Source: Penicillus capitatus (lineage: Eukaryota; Plantae; Chlorophyta). From it: a DNA stretch of 64,000 nucleotides. The translations under genes and the position numbers were made by a program. Below, piece by piece: positions 9,340 to 20,400 of the stretch; positions within the stretch are counted from its first letter, which is position 1; the number at the start of each line of letters is the position of its first letter. Below the pieces are notes generated by a model. The model worked only from the letters and a program-made list of their open reading frames with translations, ran no database searches and was not told the origin of the DNA. The stretch is from positions 1,097,081 through 1,161,080 of the forward strand of contig OZ287695.1 of NCBI GenBank assembly GCA_965649825.1, given 5' to 3'.

Positions 9340-11661
9340 ATGGAGCAAACAACACCACGCGCTTTCAACGAACACGGCAGAGAGAATTCCTCAGCGAGTC
9401 ATCTATCGACAGCAAAATGCAAAGAAATCCGTACACCTCGAATACCCGCCACAGATTCGCATTATTTGACAGCCGTTAACATGTCTCAGCTGCTCTCCTG
9501 TAGACATTCGTCTCTGCAGCGGTACACGGTTGTCGCGACGACGCATGGCTTTGGCAAGAGAACTTCCGGCGTTGAGTGGCGTGGCATGTCTACCGTCGTC
9601 CAAAAGGCGCATCACCGCATCTCGACGAAGCAGACTGCGTCCGGCCCCTTTCGAAGCGAACTTGGAAAGCTGATAGACTGCTTTAGGCCAGCAATGAACG
9701 CAACAGGTGCTGCTGTCGCCGACGAGACAGCGACCAGAGGGGAAAGCCATCCATCCATTGACGAGTGAGCCATCCGCATGTGCTGATCGGTGCGAGTTGG
9801 CTAGATCCAGGCTACCGGCTTACGGGTCTCTTACATACTGTGGAAAGACAGCACTTGTGATCGGGGCCGGACCTGCAGGAATGGTGGCGGCACGCTATCT
9901 CGCAAGAGAAGGATTCACCGTCCAGGTTACATCTTAGTGTCGAGGTCTGTTGGCATGCAGATGAGGACTGCACTGAGCAGGTGTTTGAGAAACGAGACGA
10001 TCCGCGGGAGAATCCGTATTCTCGCACTCGAGCGAACATCATTGGCTTGCGACTAAACACCGTAGATGCCATGCGAGATGTCGGCATCGACCTTCCGGAA
10101 GAAGGTTTCAAATCCGGCGTCCACGCGCTACACGGTGCTACCTTTTCCCAAGCAACGAGGGACGGTGTTAAGTGTCTTGACGAAGTGCAGGCAGAGTTTG
10201 GTTTGGACAAGAGAACGTAACGATCGTGCCACCAGATTCTCTAGAGGGAGGCTATATTGGCGAAAGGCAAAGCATTGCCGAGCTGATTCTGATAGACACT
10301 CAAGAGAAATTCAAAGATCAGATCGCCCTCCGTTACAACCGCAGATGCAAGGTACGTGTTGCTTCTTCCCTCTTCCCTCTGATTTCGAGGTACTTCCTCA
10401 GAGAATCGACTTCGAGGCGAAGACTGCAGTTTTCGAAGATGCCCAGGGCGAAGATATCGCAATGAGATATGATCTGCTCGTCGGAGCCGACGGTTACAAC
10501 TCGGTCGTCCGACAGGAGATGGAGAAATTCGACGACTCCATAGTGATGAAGCAGTATCGCTGCAAAAGAGGGTACAAGTCGATTCGCAACCTTCCTCTCT
10601 TGGACGGAGGTACCCTTCATTAAACCTGCAACGCGACAAACACAATCGTATTTTTGCAGACGTGGTGTCCGAGTCTGTGAAGCCTGGATTCTTTTTGTTT
10701 GGGATACTGAACGGCAGATCTGTTGTGACGAAAGGAGTGGGTGGATCAACAGCGCTTATACTGTATCGATCAGAAGAAACTATGATGAACGGAACGCTTG
10801 CAACGAATCTGGCGACATTCGACACTATCCAAGGAAAGGAACATGAATGGCTCAGCGATGTCGTGCCTACCTACTTTCCGAAGGTATGTTCTCTTAAACA
10901 GTGTCCGCCGTGAGAGCTTGACCGGATTTCAGGAGTGGATCAAGGAGATCGGCGACCAGTTGAAGACGGCTCCCTTGACGAAAAATCCTGACGCCATTGT
11001 TGTGTCTAAGATGTACGGCCCCTCAACAGTTCTGCTGGGAGACGCTGCCCACGTTTTCAGTCCAAACCTGGGGATCGGGTTTGTTCCTAATCTACACCTG
11101 ACGCGAATATGACTCGATCTCTGTAGAGCCAATGCCGCCATTGTCGATGCAAAAGTCCTCGGCGATGCTCTTAAGGCGGCAGATGGAGACGTCGAAGCCG
11201 TGGGAAGGTCGTTTCATGATCAGCGATACGATGAAATGCATGCCTTTCAACAAGCGCAACTGGTCACTCCTCTTTCACTGATCGACATCGATGTCGGTGC
11301 TGTGGCGTAGGCTAACGCTTTTGAGCAGTATTTCTACTCGCCGGCAGATTTCGCTGACTATTTCGTCGGCTGGGTGTACAAAAATGTGACTCCGAATCTG
11401 CGACAGATGTTTCCAAAACTGATGTCAAAGACCTGCATCATCCGATACATGGAGAGAGAAATCAGCGCCACTCAAGCACTGTTCATTATCCGACGCGACG
11501 CCTGTCTTTTCGCAAGTAAACCCACCTCTGAAAGAGTCATTGCATTAATGTGTATGCATGTATTGTTGTTCCCAGTGGTCTGCACCGCATTCACACTGGT
11601 CGCGGTGAAGTTTCTGGCGATTCCCTTGATCGATTCCATCGCAGGCCAGTCGGGGATCTGA
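9340..11661 (+). CDS. FAD-dependent monooxygenase (group A flavoprotein, kynurenine 3-monooxygenase-like), copy 1
   Basis: Rossmann motif ALVIGAGPAG, DG motif YDLLVGADG, GD motif VLLGDAAHVFSPNLG..ANAAIVD, and a C-terminal hydrophobic helix. R/S-rich N-terminal extension. Start codon uncertain (9340 or 9482). Confidence 0.88.
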
Positions 11662-12027
11662 GTTCTCATTCCACGTTTCCTTTCCTTGTGGAAAACTTTC
11701 AACGGCTTTGTTACTTATACTCTTTTTTACAAGTTGCTGTGGAATCTCGCTCTTGGCAACTTTATTGCGGTCTCAAAGATAGCCATTTCTTGGTTCGATA
11801 ATAGTCGAGTGACTCTGAGCACAAGACCAGGTTTCAAAGCAGTCGATGGTTTCAAGGAAGACGACTGACAGAGTAGACAACTATTGTCGCCGTCGGGAAT
11901 GAAAGATCACAACTGCAGAAAACGTAACTTCTGCATGATACAGTCATCAATCTCATTTCGCTCTACGCAAAACAAACTCGAATATGGACGCAGGTGTTCG
12001 ATACAAGCTCGCGCTCCATCACATCAG

Positions 12028-14352
12028 ATGGCGCAAACAGCACCACGCGCTATCAACGAACACGGCAGAGAGAATTCCTCAGCGAGTCATCTGTCGAGGG
12101 CAAATTGCAAAGAGTACCGTACATCTCCAACGCCCACCATAGATTCGTGTTATTTGACATTAGTGAACGTGTCTCAGCTGCTCGCCTCCGGAATTTTGCC
12201 TTCTCGGCCGTGTTCGGTTTCTGCGATGATGCATGGCTTTGACAAGAAAGCTTCAAAGGCGGTCGAGCGGCGTGGCGTGTCTCCCGTCATCCAGAAAGCG
12301 CATCGCCGCATCTCGAGGAAGTACACTGCGTTCGGTCCTTTCTGAAGCAAACTTGGAGAGCTGACAGACTGCTTTAGGCCAGCGAAGAACGCAACAGGCG
12401 CCGTTGCTGACGAAACAGCGACCAGAAGGGAAAGCCATCCATCGACTGACGAGTAAGCCATCCGCATGTGTGATCGGTGCGAGCTGCCTGGATCCAGGCT
12501 ACCGGCTTACGGCTCTTACAGATACCGTGGAAAAACAGCACTTGTGATCGGGGCCGGACCTGCAGGAATGGTGGCGGCACGCTATCTCGCAAGAGAAGGA
12601 TTCACCGTCCAGGTCACACCTTTGCGTCGAGTGTGGCGGCATGCGGACAAGGACTGCACAGAGCAGGTGTCTGAGAAACGAGGCGATCCGCAGGAGAATC
12701 CTTATCCTCGAACCCGATCGAACCTCATTGGCTTGCGGCCCTGCACCGTAGATGCCATGCTAGATGTCGGCATCGACTTTCCGGAAGAGGGTTTCAAATC
12801 CGGCGTCCACGCGCTGCACGGTGCTACCTTTTCCCAAGAGACGGGAGACGGTGTTCAGTGTCTTGACCAAGTGCAGGCAACGTGGCGTTTGGACTGAAGA
12901 ACATAGAGACCATGCTGCCGGACTCGCCTAGAAGAACCTATATAGGCGAAAGGCAAAGCATTGCCGAGCTGATTCTGATAGACACTCAAGAGAAATTCAA
13001 AGATCAGATCGCCCTCCATTACAACCGCAGATGCAAGGTATGTGTTGCTTCTTCCCTCCTCTCTCTGATTTCGAGGTACTTCCTCAGAGAATCGACTTCG
13101 AGGCAAAAACTGCAGTTTTTGAAGAAGCCCAGGGTGAAGATATCGCAATCAGATATGATCTGCTTGTCGGAGCCGACGGCTACAACTCTGTCGTCCGACA
13201 GGAGATGAAAAGGCTCGACGACTCCATAGTGATGAAGCAGTATCGCTGTAAAAGAGGGTACAAGTCGATTCGAAACCTTCCTCTCTTGGACGGAGGTGGT
13301 TTCCACCAGACATGCGTACGCTAAAGGTGAATGCTGTTTTGTCCTGCAGATGCGATTTCCGAGTCTTTGAAACCTGGATTCGTTCTGTTTGGGAAACTGA
13401 TTGGCAGATCTCTTGTGACGAGAGGGGTGGGTGGAGCAACAGGGCTTCTACTGTATCGATCAGAATACAACATGATAAACGGTGCACTTGAAACGGATCT
13501 GGCGACACTCGACGCCATTGAAGGAAAGGAACATGAATGGCTCAGCGATGTCGTGCCTACCTACTTTCCGAAGGTATGTTCTCTTAAACAGTGCCTGCAG
13601 CAAAAGTTTGACTGTGTTTCAGGAGTGGATCAAGGAGATCGGCGACCAGTTGAAGACGGCTCCCCTGGGAAGAAATCCTGACGTCATTGTCGTGTCTAAG
13701 ATGGACGGTCCCTCAACAGTTCTACTGGGAGACGCTGCTCACACTTTCAGTCCAAACCTGGGGATCGGGTTTGTTCCTAATCTACACCTGACGCAAATAT
13801 GACTCGATCTCTGTAGAGCCAATGCCGCCATTGTCGATGCAAAAGTCCTCGGCGATGCTCTGAAGGCGACAGATGGAGACGTCGAAGCCGTGGGAAGGGC
13901 GTTTCATGGTCAGCGATACGATGAAATGCGTGCCCTTCAACAAGCTCAACTGGTCAGCCGTGTTCTCATCGATCGAAACCGATGTCGGTGTTGTGGCGTA
14001 GGCTAACGCTTTTGAGCAGTATTTCTACTCGCCGACAGATTTCTCTGACTATTTCGTCGGCTGGGTGTACAAAAATGTGTCTCTGAATCTGCGACAGATG
14101 ATTCCAAATCTGATGTCAAAGGATTTCGGCCTCCGATACATTGAAGGAGAAATCAGCTCCACTCAAGCATTGTTCATTGTCCGACGCGACGCCTGCGTCT
14201 TCGCAAGTAAACCTACCTTTGAAAGAATCTTTGCATTAATGTGTATGCATGTATTGTTGTTCCCAGTGGCCTGCACCGTAGTCGCGTTGGTCGCAGTGAA
14301 GTTTCTGGCGATTCCCCTGATTGAATTGACGGCAGGCCAATCGGGGATCTGA
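12028..14352 (+). CDS. FAD-dependent monooxygenase, tandem copy 2 (N-terminus disrupted; truncated gene or pseudogene)
   Basis: Colinear paralogue of copy 1 with the same motifs and intron positions. CGA>TGA at 12343-12345, and the first acceptor is CTAG in copy 1 (9801-9804) but CTGG here (12488-12491). Confidence 0.8.
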
Positions 14353-15270
14353 GTTCTCATTTAACGTTTCCTTTCCTTGTGGAAAACTTCCAACGGCTTT
14401 GAACTTATGCGCCTTTTATAAAGTCATTGTGAGGCAGACTGCGGGTTTCTCTCCGTGTATTCTTTTTTCGACCTTGTCAGGATCACGCGAATCACGACGG
14501 CAGGCAACACTCCGACAAAGGTTGGAAGACTCGCACTGCGGGCTTCCGTTTAGTCGTCGATAATCTGTTCTCTGTACACCTTTGCTCCGGGAATTGACAG
14601 TAGAGGTCGATCATCGGAGCACGGAATCACCGCGATCAGAAAGCAAAGCATTCGTTCGGCTAACAAGCAGTGTCGATCTGATTCGCGATTGTATTATCTC
14701 AACGAAATCGCCCGCGCTCACGGCGCGAAAGCGTTAGAACGTCAGAATGCTTGACAGCCATCACACGGCGTGTCAAACGAATTGGCAGACAAGGTGTGAT
14801 GGATCATCACTGCGCGAACAAGGACAGAACAGTGTCTATGAAACCGAATTGTCACTCGTCGACTGCGAGACAATAGAGTTGTTGGCTTCTCTATTCTTGC
14901 ACCTGAGCCTGGTGTCCGTTGATATAGCTGCTATGCATTCAGTATCAAGCCTTTCAGGCATCATCTACTGCACCTGTAGTGAAGATACACCTGTGACGTG
15001 CTAACTGATTGGCTCGTGGATTGCCAAAGTAATGCTCGCAATGCTGTAACAGACTAGGCGAAAGCGCAAAATCCCACCGAAACTCTCTCTGTCAGTTGTG
15101 ATAGACCTCGCACCTCCGGTAACGTACATGTGTTGGCCTTACGATGGGTTCTTAGAAAGTCGCTATAAACACTTTTGTTGCCCCGAGTACAGTAAAGCAG
15201 ACAGAAGAGGTGCACACGGGAGAAGGGGCATAATATGACTTGACGGTTCGCCAAAGAATGAATAGTTTTT

Positions 15271-15483
15271 GTTCGGGTGGTGACCCTATCGACGGCCCCC
15301 GAACTTGGCGCGACGATGTCCATTCCCCGCCGGAACCCATCCAACTCGGCGCGGGCTTGCCAGACTCAACCGGGTCAACACTGATGGGACACCCTCCTCT
15401 GAGTCCGGCGCAAGGATCCACCCCCGCGTCGTACTTCTCGATATGGTCCAACTGCACCATGCCGCTTCGGGTGGATCCTCACG
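15271..15483 (-). ncRNA. Candidate structured RNA or SINE-like element, family not recognised
   Basis: Four back-to-back stem domains: 15413-23/15469-79 (11 bp perfect), 15359-68/15400-09, 15326-30/15351-55 and 15271-77/15298-304. Mismatches are G-U pairs only on the minus strand. Contains TGGTGCAGTTGG (tRNA A-box-like) and TTGGATGGG (5S box C-like). Confidence 0.4.
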
Positions 15484-16376
15484 ATAGACGTGTTTTCCAG
15501 AACCTATACCCCCGAAAATTTTCGCCTTGTGGATGGAAACGGTAGCCGGATTGAGTCGATGTGACGTAATGATGGTCATTTACCGCCGGCTGCGTTTCGC
15601 CCGGCCATTCTGCGTCTCCGCGACAATCCTGGATTCGTTCCGTCAATCGGCAGGCAGGATCTGCGAGTCGAGTGGTAAGCCAGGCTGTGGCGCAAGGTTT
15701 TGACGATGCAGATTTTCAAGGGGCTAACGCTTTGACGAGAGGACGACCAAAGAACTGTAGGCCCATACAAACAAAAGCTCCAGACTGTTTGCATATTCAC
15801 TATAAATTGCACTGTTTACGTGGATCACTAAAAGTGTGTGGGCAGAGATGGCACCTTCTTCGCAACCATATATCCCAAGTCTCAGTCGCACGCGATGGCA
15901 TCACGCTCATTGCTCACATTGCCTGCCATATGAGTCCTTCTTATGGGATAGACATTACAGAAAAATTGCTAATGCCGTATGGCTCACTATATGCAGCACT
16001 CGCATTAATTGTACGGACGGGGATCACCACCAACTCTAAACTCTACTGATGTCGGGATTTTGTTCAGCCGGCCCATTCCTCGGCGCCATTGAAACTCGAT
16101 TGGCAACGAAACCGTTCTGTGTTTCTTTCAAATCAATCGGTCTTTCGTTGCGATCGTGATGCGAATGAGCTACGGAGGATTGAGGGGCTTATGGGCACAA
16201 CATGGAGCTTCTGTGGAGAAGAGAAACAGTTTCTCGGCACCGTGTTCTCTGCTACTAACATCTAAGAACAAAGCGCTGGCCTCTCCATGATATTTGTTTT
16301 GTACGGAATTGCTCAACTTGAACTCGCTCACCCTCTCTGTCGCGTGTACCCATCACAACGATGAATTGTTTCCTGA

Positions 16377-17065
16377 CGACGTCGCATCGGAAACTCTGCC
16401 CTCAATGGCCAATGACGGGACACGAATGTGACGCGTACTGTGTCCAGAAAACGATCGTCTGAGCTGGATGTGTTGTTCATCGTTCGTCCTTAAGTGCTCA
16501 ACTGCGGAAACGACGACCTAGGACTGCACTACCACTCATTTGACGTCCAAGAACAGAAGTTCAAGATTGAATGGGTCGGCTCAAAGAACAGGATAAGGCG
16601 GCAGAAGATAGACGTGCTCTTCTCAGGAAGCAAGAGGTTTGCATTCGATGCAATAGGGCGGCAGCGTAGTGTGTTGTTGCGAGTCCCACAGCGTGAATGG
16701 ACTCGGCCTGTCGAGGACATGGTGCAGGACTACGAAGTCAACAACGCCGACAAAGCGCATTTCTCGCGTCTTTTAAAGATGTTGACGACGCAGACCGTTT
16801 TTTGTGCGAAACCGTTCGTATGCGACGCCATGGTTTGGCAGCATGGAACAGTGGCGTCGCATCATCGCCACGGAAAGACTTCATCAATACGGAAGATGAG
16901 AACTCACTCCGACAACACACCACCTGTCCATCTAAATTTGCCAATTTGCTTCGCGACTGCACTTCAACGAACGATGACCACATCGTCGCAGAAACACGCT
17001 CATGCTGTGAGGAAAGGGTGCGTGTTTTTGCGAAGTTCTTCAAGATATCATAGGAACAGTCTTCT
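16377..17065 (+). pseudogene. Degenerate, internally deleted copy of the beta-propeller glycosidase-like gene at 25323-27012
   Basis: LNCGNDDLGLHYHSFDVQEQKFKIEWVGSKN matches LNCGNEDLRMYYHSFDAQEQKFKIGWAGSKN. The junction near 16466-16470 joins sequence matching 25549 directly to sequence matching 26306. Frameshifts follow. Confidence 0.88.
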
Positions 17066-17439
17066 GGTCACTGCCTTGAATGTGGCTTTAAGGCTTCAAT
17101 GTAGCTTCATGTTAATGACATGAGTAGCAGTTGTAGCTCTTGTTGAGGTATAAAGCCCGTTTCTTGAGCATCGCAGATGAGCGTCTCTTCTCTCTGAACT
17201 CCCTACCGATACACCAGTAATTTGACTCGACAATCAACCATCGCCGAACTTGTACGTGGAGGTTATTCTTGCTAACATCCCCGTAACGTTTTTCACGGTT
17301 TTTCCTGGATGTTAAAGAACACGAGGCAGCCAAGGAAGCGAGTGCGCTTCAGACATCGTCTGTTAGCTTTCTCGAGACGTTTGCAAGGAAGAACGTTTCC
17401 GCCCAAGACCTTACAGTGCAGCGTTCCGAATAGCGGTCG

Positions 17440-20400
17440 ATGAATTTACTGCAACGCACTCCTCTAAGGGTACTCAAAGGTCATCCGCAAATGCGTCTTG
17501 TGAACACTGGTGTAGGTTTTTGGGTTGCTATGCCTCTGCGCCTGCGTGAGTCATGCATACGTGCCAGTGATTTATCCCTCCATGATCGAGCAACATGGAT
17601 TCGTCTACCACGAGGTGTGTCTGTCTCATCGAAATGAAATTGCCATTCGATCTGTTCTCCTCTAGGATTCCAGAAGGGTGTTGAGTCTGCCCGGGGGAGT
17701 GGAACCGCTCCTGTGCAGACAGGGAGAAACGAATCCGTTCGATGAGGCAGACCGCGAATGCTCGGATGTTGTCGTTTTCACCAGTTCCGAGACCATCACC
17801 TTTCAGATTCTAAACCTGTCCACAAACGGCGTCATCCAGCCATTCACTTCCATACCTGACGTCAGCTGCGATGCAGAAACGGCTCTCATTCCAGCTGATA
17901 TGTTTAGGTGAAATTATCTGATGGCATAGATGATAAAATCGAAATGTTCGCTTATGGTTCGGCTGGCTTGCTAAGTACCGAGGCAACTCAACTGACAGTA
18001 AACAATTTCCTTGATGGCACTACAGAATCGACAGTTAAAAAGGCAGAGCAATCTAGATCTGTTTTTCGTGGGACACAGTTCATCTCAGAAGCATTAGAAT
18101 CTGCAATCAGTGAAGAAAGTGACATGGATAATAAGTTCGATCAGGAAGAAGAAACAGATGCGATAGAAGTAGATCCGTCAAAGACCACAGAGTCGCCGCA
18201 TTCCGTCCCCGCAGCAGATTCGGACCTCGAAGAGCTCGAGGATTTGCAGAGTGCAGAGGCGCCGCATTCCGTCCCCGCAGCAGATTCGGACCTCGAAGAG
18301 CTCGAGGATTTGCAGAGTGCAGAGGCGCCGCATTCCGTCCCCGCAGCAGATTCGGACCTCGAAGAGCTCGAGGATTTGCAGAGTGCAGAGGCGCCGCATT
18401 CCGTCCCCGCAGCAGATTCGGACCTCGAAGAGCTCGACGATTTGCAGAGTGCAGAGGCACCGCATTCCTTCCCTGCAGACGAGTCGGACATCGAAGAGCT
18501 CGACGATTTGCAGAATGCAGAGGCGCCGCATTCCTTCCCTGCAGACGAGTCGGACATCGAAGAGCTCGACGATTTGCAGAGTGCAGAGGCACCGCATTCC
18601 TTCCCTGCAGACGAGTCGGACGTCGAAGAGCTCGACGATTTGCAGAGTGCAGAGGCACCGCATTCCTTCCCTGCAGACGAGTCGGACGTCGAAGAGCTCG
18701 ACGATTTGCAGAGTGCAGAGGCACCGCATTCCTTCCCTGCAGACGAGTCGGACATCGAAGAGCTCGACGATTTGCAGAATGCAGAGGCGCCGCATTCCTT
18801 CCCTGCAGACGAGTCGGACATCGAAGAGCTCGACGATTTGCAGAGTGCAGAGGCACCGCATTCGTCCTCCGAAGCAGATCCGTCCGAAGGTGGAGAGGCG
18901 CTGCCATCAGATCTGGAGATGTTCCCGGATCTGGTAGAAGAGTTGGAAAACCCCGAAGCAGATCCGTCCGAAGGTGCAGAGGCGCTGCCATCAGATCTGG
19001 AGATCGTCCCGGATTTGGTGGAAGAGTTGGAAAACCCCGAAGCAAATCCGTCCGAAGGTGCAGAGGCGCTGCCATCAGATCTGGAGATCGTCCCGGATCT
19101 GGTGGAAGAGTTGGACAATAAGGAAGTCAGAGAGTCTGTTAGAGCCGAGGAAGAGGGGACAGAACCGCCCGATAGCGCTGAGGAAGAACAGGGAGAACCG
19201 TCTAAGATCAGCAGTGAAGACGAAGAACCATCATCTGAGAACAGCGGTGAAGACGAAGAACCATCATCCGAGAACAATCGTGAAGATGAAGAACAGCCGT
19301 CTGGTACTGCCAGAGGATCAATCGTCGCACAAGAAACAAATTCGACTACTGCCGGAGCAGACATTCAAGTGATACCCGCTGAATGTAATTTCCTGTTGTC
19401 TTTGTCTCGATCACTGAATGATTGATGTCTTTAGTGTTCTCTGAAGAAGAAGACTCGGCAGAAGATGACGATGAAGAAGAATCCCAGTCTTTGCGGAAGC
19501 TTTTGAGAGACCTCCCGGAAACAATCAAGACAACTGGACCTGATAGTGACGACATAAGTGTCATCGTCATCGAAGCGAACAGCACTGCCGATTTCCTTCA
19601 TCCAGATGGAACAATCAAAGAAGATCGCGTATTACTCATGGAGTTGCACGTGAGCAAGATCCCGTCAAACACACTGATTCCTGTAGCTGTGCAATTCGGA
19701 AGCAACGTCAGCCGCAACATCTTCGTTTATCGAGACGCGTCTCCAGTTACGGCAGAGATCAGTTTGGTCCGGAGTCCTGAAAGTCAATCAGACACTGGTA
19801 CTGACGAACATTTCCAGTATCGAGTGGATTTTTCAAACTACATTTTCAGCCCTCCAGATGGCGACGAGATGGATTGTTCAGATGTCCGAAATGCATTAGC
19901 AAAGTTCACGTCGCAGCACTTGACAAGTGGATCCGATCTGAAAGCCAATGACTTGCAATCTGTGAGGAATGCAGCGAGAGATCTGTCTGACTGCTTCTCG
20001 CAGCCATCATCTTCGGTTCCAGAAGAAGTCGTTCGAGTGACTGGTGTCTCGGCAGAGATTAACGGAACGCAAGATCTACAGCTGCAAAATCTCCGAAAAG
20101 GCGAAAGTCCGCAAACGTCTGTACTGATCTCCTTTGAAGCCAATGTGGAGAGGCGCACGAGGATGGAGATTAGCATTCACCCTCCGGCAGGCGTCGTTGA
20201 TCTTGCTGGACAGCCGATTGAGGAGCAATCGGAATCGTACAGGATTGAACGAAGAAATCGGGCGACACAAAGGTCAGTAGACCAAGCAGAGAGATATGGA
20301 ACTGCGTCCACAGTAATAGCCAGCACATCCGTGGCCACTTCTGTCGCAGTGTCCGTTGGAACATCTGTAGCCACCTCTGTGACAGGATCGACGCTTGCCA

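Noticed and set aside
15300-15420. A genuine 5S rRNA gene
   Set aside because: Only short motifs match, whereas real 5S is highly conserved. Kept only as a hint in the structured-RNA finding.
18107-19364. Long minus-strand and alternate-frame ORFs (322, 407, 227, 228 aa)
   Set aside because: Shadow frames of the 66/84-bp coding repeats, which lack stop codons by periodicity.
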